Shown one piece after another: positions 55,230-63,329 of a DNA stretch of 64,000 bases. The notes under the pieces are model-generated. The model saw only the letters and a list, made by a program, of their open reading frames with translations. It was not told where the DNA came from and ran no database searches. The stretch is from NCBI GenBank assembly GCA_965220225.1, contig OZ244813.1, forward strand, positions 1,506,991 through 1,570,990, read 5' to 3'. The position numbers and the translations under genes were made by a program. The stretch comes from Dehalococcoidia bacterium (GTDB lineage: Bacteria; Chloroflexota; Dehalococcoidia; Lucifugimonadales; Australimonadaceae). Within the stretch, counting starts at the first letter, position 1. Each line of letters starts with the position of its first letter.

Positions 55230-56096
55230 TCACCCCGTCTGTTCGCGGTACCAGCGGTAGACGTCGGTCGCCGTCATCGGTATCGCACCGGGGGTGTTCA
55301 TGATGAGTTCCAGCATCTTGACGAAGTAGGGGAAGCGGTGCGGCTGGCCCACGATGAACGGGTGCAGGCCGATGGACATCACGCGCGCGGTCTCCGGCTC
55401 GTCGTTCAGGAGCGTCGTCAGGTGATCGTGGACGCGCTCCAGCATCGACGGCCCCGGATGGCCGAGCCGGATGTAGACGCCGATGTCGTTCAGTTCGAGC
55501 GAGTAGGGCACGGAGAAGAGCCTGCCGTTCGCGACGTTCAACTCGTAGGGCTGGTCGTCGTTGACCCAGTCGAGGACGAACTCGACGCCCGCATCGACGA
55601 GCCGCTCCGGGGTGTCGGCGGTCTCGCCGAGGCCGGGGCCGAGCCAGCCCAGGGGACGTGTGCCGCTGAACCCTTCGATAGTGTCGAGCGCGCGGCGGAT
55701 CTCGGCGGGCTCGTCGTCCACGGCGGGCATCGGTCGCTGGTGGTAGCCGTGGGCGACGGCGTCCCACCCGGCGTCGAAGGCGGCGCGCGCGACCTGCGGG
55801 TAGGCGTCGCATACGGAGCCGTTGAGCGCCATCGTCATCGGTACGTGGAGGTTGCGGCAGGCGTCGAGGACCCGCCAGAAGCCGGCACGGAGACCGTACT
55901 CGAACCAGGAGAAGTTTGGCACGTCCGGCAGGCGCTCGCGTCCAGGTGGCTGCGGGCTGAGCGGACGTCCGACATGCTGGTCGAACTCGTTCTGCTCGAC
56001 GTTCATCACGAGCACGACGGCGACGCGTGCGCCTCGCGGCAAGTGCAGCGTCGGCCTGTCGGGCAGGGGAACGAAGTCGGCTCTCGGGTTCGCCAT
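55230..56096 (-). CDS. polysaccharide deacetylase family protein (PuuE-like)
   Basis: The NodB-fold pattern and overall length resemble PuuE-type deacetylase homologs. ATG at 56096. Confidence 0.75.
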   Translation of the reverse strand: MANPRADFVPLPDRPTLHLPRGARVAVVLVMNVEQNEFDQHVGRPLSPQPPGRERLPDVPNFSWFEYGLRAGFWRVLDACRNLHVPMTMALNGSVCDAYPQVARAAFDAGWDAVAHGYHQRPMPAVDDEPAEIRRALDTIEGFSGTRPLGWLGPGLGETADTPERLVDAGVEFVLDWVNDDQPYELNVANGRLFSVPYSLELNDIGVYIRLGHPGPSMLERVHDHLTTLLNDEPETARVMSIGLHPFIVGQPHRFPYFVKMLELIMNTPGAIPMTATDVYRWYREQTG

Positions 56097-56175
56097 GGGG
56101 TTCCTCCGGCGGGGTGCGGGGAGTATTTCACATGGATGGACAGGATGCACAGGATGGGTGTGCGCCTCCGGAGGC

Positions 56176-56205
56176 TTTACAGGAGGGGCGCATCGGACAG
56201 ACAAT
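56176..56205 (+). promoter_or_regulatory. candidate promoter for the tRNA-Val/Leu/Arg cluster
   Basis: TTTACA (56176-56181), 18 nt spacer, GACAAT (56200-56205), 16 nt before tRNA-Val. Confidence 0.3.
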
Positions 56206-56221
56206 GAGGGGACGCGCAGTG

Positions 56222-56298
56222 GGGCGGTTAGCTCAGTTGGTTAGAGCGCTTGCTTCACACGCAAGAGGTCACAGGTTCAAGTCCTGTATCGCCCACCA
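56222..56298 (+). tRNA. tRNA-Val (anticodon CAC), CCA encoded
   Basis: Acceptor GGGCGGT/ATCGCCC, anticodon stem CTTGC/GCAAG, loop TTCACAC, T-loop TTCAAGT. Confidence 0.9.
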
Positions 56299-56310
56299 CT
56301 GTGTGGACGT

Positions 56311-56396
56311 GCCGAGGTGGCGGAACGGCAGACGCGCTGTGTTCAGGGCGCAGTGTCCTTACGGGCGTGCGAGTTCAAATCTCGCCCTCGGCACCA
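56311..56396 (+). tRNA. tRNA-Leu (anticodon CAG), class II, CCA encoded
   Basis: Acceptor GCCGAGG/CCTCGGC, anticodon stem CTGTG/CGCAG, loop TTCAGGG, long variable arm. Confidence 0.9.
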
Positions 56397-56444
56397 CTAC
56401 GAATATGACGCCTCCGGCCCCGCAACCGGCGGCACCTTGAGAGT

Positions 56445-56522
56445 GCGCTAGTAGCTCAGTCAGGATAGAGCGCATCCCTGCGGAGGATGAGGCCGTGGGT
56501 TCGAGTCCCGCCTAGCGCGCCA
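56445..56522 (+). tRNA. tRNA-Arg (anticodon GCG), CCA encoded
   Basis: Acceptor GCGCTAG/CTAGCGC, D-loop with GGATA (A20), perfect anticodon stem CATCC/GGATG, loop CTGCGGA, T-loop TTCGAGT. Confidence 0.85.
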
Positions 56523-56560
56523 CTCTTCTCTCCCCGTACACTGGCAGCCGGAACGCTCCC

Positions 56561-57031
56561 GTGCTGTTCAGGACGATGAACGATACCGCCCCTCTCCCCC
56601 AGCGCTATCTGCCGTGGATGCTCGCGCTCGCGGCGCTGTTCGCACTGCGCGTGCTGGCGCAGGCGGTGCAGTGGGCAGGCCCGGTGCCGTTCCTCCCGCC
56701 GTTCGACACCTGGCAGGGCTCGGGGCTGCCGTACCCCGCGCTCCTGGCGTCGCAGGTGCTCATCGTCGCGCTGCTGGCGCGGGCGCTCGTGGTGGTGCGG
56801 TCGCGGTCGATCAGGCCGGCGACGTGGAAGCACCGCGCGTGCTTCGTACTCGGCGGAGCGTACTTCGGGACGATGGCGTTCCGGCTCGTTGCGGGGCTCA
56901 CGTTCTTCTCGGACGTCGGTTGGTTCGCGGAGAGCCTCCCCGCGCTCTTCCACCTCGTGCTCGCGACGTTCGTGCTGCTCTTCGGCCACTACGTCTACAG
57001 CGCGGGCAGGGGCGCCGGAGGCGCGGCGTGA
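56561..57031 (+). CDS. small hypothetical membrane protein (4 TM), first gene of the GH3 operon
   Basis: GTG start. It has four hydrophobic helices. Its stop overlaps the next gene's GTG start (GTGA). Confidence 0.5.
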   Translation: MLFRTMNDTAPLPQRYLPWMLALAALFALRVLAQAVQWAGPVPFLPPFDTWQGSGLPYPALLASQVLIVALLARALVVVRSRSIRPATWKHRACFVLGGAYFGTMAFRLVAGLTFFSDVGWFAESLPALFHLVLATFVLLFGHYVYSAGRGAGGAA

Positions 57032-57921
57032 CGAACGCGACCGCGGTCACGATGCTCTCCCGCCTCGTCGTCGTGGGCTCGTACCCGGGCGTGCTGGCGA
57101 TTGGGTTCGCGGTCTACGCGGCGCTCGTGGGGGCTGGGTGGCAGGTCACAGCTGCGTCGTGGGTCGCGGTCATCACCGGCGCGGCGCTGGTGACCCTGCA
57201 CGAGGCGCGCCTGCCGTACCGGCGGGAGTGGCATCCGTCGGTGAGCGATGTCCGCGCAGACGCGATGTTCCTCGCGGCGGTGCAGGCGGTGCTGCCGCTG
57301 CTGTTCTCGGTGACGCTCGTGGTCGGGCTGGCGGACCTGCTCGATGCAGGCGGGCTGACCGTCGAGGGTCTGTGGCCGCACGGGTTCCCGGTCGCGGCGC
57401 AGGTCGTGCTGATGATCGCGGCGGCGGACTTCCCGCGGTACTGGCTGCACCGGGCGTTCCACCGGTTCAGGCCCATGTGGCGCCTGCACGCGGTGCATCA
57501 CTCGCCGCACCGGCTCTACTGGCTGAACGTGGGGCGCTTCCATCCCATCGAGAAGGCTATCCAGTACACGGTCGACACGCTGCCGTTCGCACTGGTCGGC
57601 GTGCCGCCGGAGGTGCTCGCAGCGTACTTTGTCTTCTACGCGCTCAACGGCTTCTTCCAGCACTCCAACTGCCGCGTGCGCCTGGGGCCGCTCAACTACC
57701 TGGTCAGCGGGCCGGAGCTGCACCGCTGGCACCACTCGGAGGTTACGGTGGAATCGGACAACAACTTCGGCAACAACCTCATCGTCTGGGACGTGCTCTT
57801 CGGCACGCGGTTCCTGCCCGCAGATCGCGAGGTAGGCATCCTGGGGCTGCACAACCGCGAGTACCCCCTGGGCTTCGTCGCGCAGATGCGGACGCCGTTC
57901 ATCGCGGGGCTGGAGCGATGA
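57028..57921 (+). CDS. fatty acid hydroxylase superfamily (sterol desaturase-like) membrane di-iron oxygenase
   Basis: His boxes HRAFH, HAVHH and HRWHH follow N-terminal TM helices. Confidence 0.85.
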   Translation: MTNATAVTMLSRLVVVGSYPGVLAIGFAVYAALVGAGWQVTAASWVAVITGAALVTLHEARLPYRREWHPSVSDVRADAMFLAAVQAVLPLLFSVTLVVGLADLLDAGGLTVEGLWPHGFPVAAQVVLMIAAADFPRYWLHRAFHRFRPMWRLHAVHHSPHRLYWLNVGRFHPIEKAIQYTVDTLPFALVGVPPEVLAAYFVFYALNGFFQHSNCRVRLGPLNYLVSGPELHRWHHSEVTVESDNNFGNNLIVWDVLFGTRFLPADREVGILGLHNREYPLGFVAQMRTPFIAGLER

Positions 57922-59555
57922 GCGGGCTGACCTACAAGTTGTTCAAGGCGGCGCTGAGCGCGACGCAGGCGCGGCGCTACCGCGGGATGATGCGCGCTGC
58001 GGAGTCGCCCCGCGCAACGCAGGAGGCAGTGCTGCGCCGCATCCTGTCTGCCAATGCAGATACGGAGTTCGGCAGGGAGCACGGGCTTGCAAGCGTCGCC
58101 GGCGTGAGTGACTTTCGCCAGGCGGTGCCTGTGCTGACGTACGAGGACCTGCGCGAGGCCATCGAACGGCAGGAACTCACCGGCGAGCAGTGTCTCACTC
58201 CGGAACAACCGGTCTACTACCACCGCACCAGCGGCACGGTGGGTGCGCCGAAGAACATCCCCGTTTCAGAGTCCGGCCTCGCGCAGATGAAGCGTGACCA
58301 GCGTCTCTCAGCCTATGTATGGGCGCGGGACTCCAGGGTGTTGGAAGGGAAGGTGTTCGCCATCAGCGGCGCAGCGGTTGAGGGCCACATGGCCGGAGGC
58401 ACGCCGTTCGGCTCCGCGTCCGGCCTGCTCTACCGTCACCAGTCGCGCTTCGTGCAATCGCGGTACGTGCTGCCCGCGGAAGTGTCGGACATCGAGGACT
58501 ACGACGCTCGATACCTCGCGATGGCGGTCTACGGCTTGTCCGAGCCGAAGGTCACGAGCGCCGCCACGGCGAACCCGTCGACGTTCCTCCGGCTGCTGTC
58601 GGTGGTGCACGACAACGCAGACGCAGTGCTGGGCGCCATCGCGTCGGGACGGCTGCCGGGCGAAGCGTCCGGCCTGCCGCTGACCCCCCGGCCGGAGCGG
58701 GCGCGGGAGCTGGAGCGACGGTTGAGCGCGGCTGGGCGGCTGACGTACGCCGACATCTGGCCGGACCTGCGCGGCATCGTCACGTGGACGGGCGGCAGCT
58801 GCGGTATAGCGCTCGGCAATCTGTCGCCGCTGCTGCCGGACGGCGTGCAGATCATCGAGTGGGGCTACTCGTCGAGCGAGTTCCGGGGGACGCTGAACGT
58901 CGACGCACGAACGAACGCATGCCTGCCGACGTTCCTCAGCACGTTCTTCGAGTTCGCGGAGCGCGATGCGTGGGAGGCGGACACGGGTGGGTTCCTCTGC
59001 CTCGACGAGTTGGAAGACGGATGCGAGTACTACGTGTTCGTCACGACCGGCGACGGCCTCTATCGGTACGACATCAACGACATCGTACGGGTGAGTGGCT
59101 GGGTCGGGAACACGCCTACGCTGGGCTTCGTGCAGAAGGGCAAGGGCGTCACGAACATCACGGGAGAGAAGGTGACGGAGGCGCAGGTGCTCGACGCGGT
59201 GACGTCCGCGTTCGTCCCCACCGGCGCGCCGCCGGAGTTCTTCATCATGCTCGCGGACGAGGCGGCGTCCGGCTACACGCTCTACGTGGAGACCCCGGCG
59301 TCCGCGTTCGCGGGTGGTGGGGCAGCGAACGAGATCGACCGGCTCCTCAGCGTGTCGAACATCGAGTACGAGGGTAAACGCAAGAGCGGACGCCTTGCGC
59401 CGCTGCGCGTGCGCGTGCTGCCGGAAGGCGCGGGCGGTCGGTACCGCGAGAGTTGCGTGGCGTCGGGCCAGCGGGACGCGCAGTTCAAGTACCTGCACCT
59501 GCAGTACGCGCGCGACTGCGCGTTCGACTTCGACGCCATCGCCGTGGCGGAGTGA
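57918..59555 (+). CDS. GH3-family acyl-acid amido synthetase (adenylate-forming)
   Basis: GH3 N-terminal pattern ...VPVLTYEDLREAIER... and nucleotide motif YHRTSGTVGAPKNIP. DGLYRYDINDIV and GFVQKGKG motifs. The ATG overlaps the upstream stop (ATGA). Confidence 0.85.
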   Translation: MSGLTYKLFKAALSATQARRYRGMMRAAESPRATQEAVLRRILSANADTEFGREHGLASVAGVSDFRQAVPVLTYEDLREAIERQELTGEQCLTPEQPVYYHRTSGTVGAPKNIPVSESGLAQMKRDQRLSAYVWARDSRVLEGKVFAISGAAVEGHMAGGTPFGSASGLLYRHQSRFVQSRYVLPAEVSDIEDYDARYLAMAVYGLSEPKVTSAATANPSTFLRLLSVVHDNADAVLGAIASGRLPGEASGLPLTPRPERARELERRLSAAGRLTYADIWPDLRGIVTWTGGSCGIALGNLSPLLPDGVQIIEWGYSSSEFRGTLNVDARTNACLPTFLSTFFEFAERDAWEADTGGFLCLDELEDGCEYYVFVTTGDGLYRYDINDIVRVSGWVGNTPTLGFVQKGKGVTNITGEKVTEAQVLDAVTSAFVPTGAPPEFFIMLADEAASGYTLYVETPASAFAGGGAANEIDRLLSVSNIEYEGKRKSGRLAPLRVRVLPEGAGGRYRESCVASGQRDAQFKYLHLQYARDCAFDFDAIAVAE

Positions 59556-59559
59556 GCCG

Positions 59560-60660
59560 TTGCGCATCGAGCGTCTGGACGTCTACAGCTTCCCCGTGCC
59601 GTTCAAGGCCGTCTTCCGCCACGCGTCGGCGAGCCGCTCCCGCGCCGAGAACCTCATCGTCGCGGCGCGCTCGGACGACGGGCTCATCGGCTACGGCGAG
59701 GGCTGCCCCCGCGACTATGTGACGGGCGAGACGGTGGAGGGCGGGGCCGCGTTCATCCGCCGTCACGCACAGGCCATCGCGGAAGAAGTAACGGATGGAC
59801 CGAGCCTGCGCGCGTGGGCCGACGCTCACCGGAGCGAGATAGATGAGCACCCCGCGGCGTTCTGTGCCATCGAGCTCGCCGTGCTGGACTTGCTCGGGAA
59901 AGCGCAGGGTGTGCCGGTCGAGGACGTCGTCGGCATCCTGCGCCTCGACGGCGGTTTCACGTACTCCGCCGTGCTGGGCGACTCGCCGTACCTCGTGTAC
60001 CGCCTGCAGCTCTTCCGCTACCGCAGGAAGGGGTTCACCGACTTCAAGGTGAAGGTCTCCGGCGACCTCAACCGCGACCGTCGGAAGCTGCGCGTATTCG
60101 GGAAGAAGCACCTGCGCGTGCGGCTGGACGCCAACAACCTCTGGGCCGACGCGGACGCCTGCATCGCGCACCTCAACGCGCTGGGCGGAGGCGTGTTCGC
60201 GGTCGAGGAGCCGCTGACGGCGGGCGACCTCGCGGGTTTCGAGCGCGTGAGCGAGGAGTGCGGTGTCCGCATCATCCTGGACGAGAGCCTGCTGCGCGCA
60301 TCGCAGCTGGACGGGTTTGGCAGCCCGGAGCGGTGGATCGTGAACGTGCGCGTCTCCAAGATGGGCGGTATCGGGAGGTCATTGGAGGTGGTTGAGCGAG
60401 CGGCTAGCCTGGGGGTGGGCGTCATCGTTGGAGCGCAGGTGGGCGAGACGAGCATCCTCACGCGAGCGGGACTGACCGTGATGCAGGCCGCGCGACCGGT
60501 GCTCGCGGCGTCCGAAGGCGCGTTCGGGACGCACCTGCTGCGCGAGGACCTGACGGCGGAGAGCCTCATGTTCGGCGACGGCGGCGTGCTGACGATACCG
60601 GACGCCGATGCGCCGGGCCTCGGACTCGCCGTGCGCGAGGGGATGCTGGTCGAGGCGTAA
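59560..60660 (+). CDS. enolase-superfamily enzyme, MLE subgroup (N-acylamino-acid racemase / dipeptide epimerase-like)
   Basis: KxK motif FKVKV. Metal ligands in RLDAN, VEEPL and ILDES. Second catalytic Lys in VSKMGG. The TTG start lies 4 nt after the GH3 stop. Confidence 0.85.
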   Translation: MRIERLDVYSFPVPFKAVFRHASASRSRAENLIVAARSDDGLIGYGEGCPRDYVTGETVEGGAAFIRRHAQAIAEEVTDGPSLRAWADAHRSEIDEHPAAFCAIELAVLDLLGKAQGVPVEDVVGILRLDGGFTYSAVLGDSPYLVYRLQLFRYRRKGFTDFKVKVSGDLNRDRRKLRVFGKKHLRVRLDANNLWADADACIAHLNALGGGVFAVEEPLTAGDLAGFERVSEECGVRIILDESLLRASQLDGFGSPERWIVNVRVSKMGGIGRSLEVVERAASLGVGVIVGAQVGETSILTRAGLTVMQAARPVLAASEGAFGTHLLREDLTAESLMFGDGGVLTIPDADAPGLGLAVREGMLVEA

Positions 60661-60725
60661 CGCCCCATAGTCGGTTTCGTGCTATCGTAGCCGTGCCGTC
60701 GTCGAACGACGGCAGGAGGCGGCAG

Positions 60726-62021
60726 ATGCTCAGTACCGAGGACAACGCTCTGCTCACCGCGACGTCCCGCGGGACGGCGATGGGCGACCTGCTGCGCTGC
60801 TTCTGGGTGCCGTTCCTCCTCTCCGACGAACTGCCGAAACCGGACTGCCCGCCCATCCGTACGCGCCTGATGAACGAGGCGCTCGTTGCGTTCCGCGACA
60901 CGTCCGGGCGCGTGGGGCTGCTGGCGGAGCGCTGCCCGCACCGACGCGCGAGCCTCTTCTTCGGACGCAACGAGGAAAACGGCCTGCGCTGCATCTACCA
61001 CGGCTGGAAGTTCGACGTGGACGGCCAGTGCGTGGACATGCCGTCCGAGCCGGCGACGAGCAACTACAGGGACAAGGTGCGTCAGATCGCCTACCCGACC
61101 GTCGAGGCGGGGGGCGTCGTCTGGGCGTACCTTGGTCCTGCCGAAGAGACCCCCGCGTTGCCGGACTTCTCGTGGCTGCACCTGCCGCTGTCGCACGTGC
61201 ACGTCACGAAGCGGCTGGAGCGCACGAACTGGGTGCAGGGGCTCGAGGGCGGCATCGACTCGGCGCACTCCAACTTCCTGCACGCGACCGTGGACTCGTT
61301 CCGCCGGACGCCCGCGTGGCTGGAGCGCGCGCACGCCGCCACTGACCTGCGCGCCCGCTATCACGCGCTCGACCGCTCGCCCGTGTTCCTGCCGGAAGAG
61401 ACCGAGTACGGCCTGCGCGTCGGGGCGCGGCGCGATATCGGCGAGGGCACGCACTACTGGCGCTTCACCCACTGGATGATGCCGTTCTACAACCTGTTCA
61501 AGCAGGGTTCGGCGAAGCCGGGCGTGAACAGCCAGGGCATCGCGTGGACGCCGATAGACGACCACAGCTGCTGGACGATCGTGGTGACGTGGAACGACGA
61601 GCGCCCGCTCAGCGGCGAGGACATCGAGGCGGCGGAGGACTTCGCTGGCCCCGCGCTGCCGGACTCGTTCCTGCCCGTCCGCAACATGGAGAACGACTAC
61701 ATGATTGACCGGGAATTGCAGGTGTCCGGCACATTCTCGGGCATCCCCGGCACACAGGCGCAGGACATGGCGGTGCAGGAGAGCATGGGCTCCATCGTGG
61801 AGCGGTTCGAGGAGCACCTGGGCACCAGCGACGCCGCCATTATCAAGATGCGGCAGAGGCTGCTCCGGCAGGCCCGCGCCCTCGGGGACGGCGCGGACGC
61901 TCCGCGGGCGTCGCGCGACGGCTCGGTGTACCGCGTGCGCTTCGGGGAGACGCTCGTCCAGGAGGGCGAGGACCTCGACGCCGCAGCGCGCGAGCGCTTG
62001 TGCGCTCCGGTCGCCTCGTAG
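60726..62021 (+). CDS. Rieske [2Fe-2S] oxygenase, alpha-type (phthalate/KshA-like class)
   Basis: Rieske motif CPHRRASL...CIYHGW. Iron-binding context DSAHSNFLH. ATG at 60726 follows GGAGG. Confidence 0.85.
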   Translation: MLSTEDNALLTATSRGTAMGDLLRCFWVPFLLSDELPKPDCPPIRTRLMNEALVAFRDTSGRVGLLAERCPHRRASLFFGRNEENGLRCIYHGWKFDVDGQCVDMPSEPATSNYRDKVRQIAYPTVEAGGVVWAYLGPAEETPALPDFSWLHLPLSHVHVTKRLERTNWVQGLEGGIDSAHSNFLHATVDSFRRTPAWLERAHAATDLRARYHALDRSPVFLPEETEYGLRVGARRDIGEGTHYWRFTHWMMPFYNLFKQGSAKPGVNSQGIAWTPIDDHSCWTIVVTWNDERPLSGEDIEAAEDFAGPALPDSFLPVRNMENDYMIDRELQVSGTFSGIPGTQAQDMAVQESMGSIVERFEEHLGTSDAAIIKMRQRLLRQARALGDGADAPRASRDGSVYRVRFGETLVQEGEDLDAAARERLCAPVAS

Positions 62022-62058
62022 ACTGAACTGATCCGAACATCCCTCAGAGGAGGACGAC

Positions 62059-62826
62059 ATGGCGCGGCTGACCATCGCCGACCTGCAACAGATGAAGAAC
62101 GACGGCAAGAAGATCGCGGCGGGCGTCTGCTACGACGTGCAGATGGCGCGCATCCTGGAGCGCGCTGGCGTCGACCTGCTCTCTGTCGGCGACAGCGTCA
62201 GCAGGACGTTCCTCGGCATGGAGAGCGACGACGAGTTCTCGCTCGATGCGATGCTGCTGTTCGGCAAGGCGGTGGGCCGTGTCGCGGAGCGGGCCGTCAT
62301 CAACGTGGACATGCCGACGGTCGTCTGCAACGCGGGCCCTAAGGCCGTGGAGGAGGCCACCCGGCGCATCAAGGAAGAGACGGGCGCCGACATGACGAAG
62401 GTCGACATCCGCACGCAGGAAGAGGAACTGTTCGACGACGTGCTCGCGGTGATAGGGGCCGGGCTTCCGGTGTACCCGCAGATCGGCTTCCAGGTGTTCG
62501 AGCCGCGTCACGGCGGGCCGGAAGCGCACGAGCACATCATGAAGTGGGCGAACGCCGTGCAGGATGCAGGCGCGGTGATGATCGACCTCACGAACGTGAC
62601 GCTCGACATCTACGCCGACGTTGCGAAGGCGATGCGCATCCCGGTCATCGGTGGGCAGACGGGGCCGGAGTCGGACGGGCGCATCTACGTGAGCTACGCA
62701 CTGGCGGGCTACCGCGCCGACACCATCGACCGCACCGACGGCGGGCCGAGCGCGGCACGCTACATCTTCGAGGTCGCCGAGAAGGCGATAGCGAGCGTCC
62801 ACGACGCCACGTGGGTCGCACCGTAG
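62059..62826 (+). CDS. PanB-like (3-methyl-2-oxobutanoate hydroxymethyltransferase family) enzyme, divergent
   Basis: The N-terminal pattern TIADLQQMKNDGKKIAAGVCYD...ERAGVDLLSVGDS...DMP parallels PanB. The C-terminal half is divergent. Confidence 0.7.
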   Translation: MARLTIADLQQMKNDGKKIAAGVCYDVQMARILERAGVDLLSVGDSVSRTFLGMESDDEFSLDAMLLFGKAVGRVAERAVINVDMPTVVCNAGPKAVEEATRRIKEETGADMTKVDIRTQEEELFDDVLAVIGAGLPVYPQIGFQVFEPRHGGPEAHEHIMKWANAVQDAGAVMIDLTNVTLDIYADVAKAMRIPVIGGQTGPESDGRIYVSYALAGYRADTIDRTDGGPSAARYIFEVAEKAIASVHDATWVAP

Positions 62827-62831
62827 CCCGC

Positions 62832-63326
62832 GTGCCGCTCGTCAGACACTTCACCTCCACCGCGTTCGTCGTGCAGGACGGCGCGACGCTGCTGCACTGG
62901 CACCCCAAGCTGAACATGTGGCTTCCTCCCGGCGGCCACGTGGAGGAGAACGAGGACCCGGTGCAGGCCGTCCTGCGCGAGGTTGAGGAGGAGACCGGGA
63001 TACCGGTCGAGGTGGTGCCCACGGGAGACTTCGAGCACGACCACGCCTATCCCGTCCAGATTCCGCCTCCGCTGACCATCCTGATCGAGGACGTCGACGA
63101 CCCGGTGGACGGCTTCCACCAGCACATCGACTTCATCTACATCTGCCGCCCGCTGGTCCCCGTGACCGCTCTCCCGGACGGCTGGCTCTGGGTGAGCGAG
63201 CAAGAACTCGCCGAGGGAGGCGCCCTGGACCGTCCCGGTGGAGCTCCGGAGCCCCCGCCGGACGACGTTCGGCTGTGCGCCGCGCAGGCGTTCCGGGCTG
63301 CGCGCGATCGTGCCGCTTCGCCGTAG
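62832..63326 (+). CDS. NUDIX hydrolase
   Basis: GTG start. Nudix box GGHVEENEDPVQAVLREVEEETGI. Confidence 0.8.
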   Translation: MPLVRHFTSTAFVVQDGATLLHWHPKLNMWLPPGGHVEENEDPVQAVLREVEEETGIPVEVVPTGDFEHDHAYPVQIPPPLTILIEDVDDPVDGFHQHIDFIYICRPLVPVTALPDGWLWVSEQELAEGGALDRPGGAPEPPPDDVRLCAAQAFRAARDRAASP

Positions 63327-63329
63327 GCG

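Noticed and set aside
56222-56522. Genomic island integrated at the tRNA-Val/Leu/Arg array, upstream of the GH3 cluster.
   Set aside because: There is no integrase or recombinase. I saw no direct repeat of a tRNA 3' end downstream, and there is no obvious compositional break. The cluster may still be accessory, but this window does not show it.
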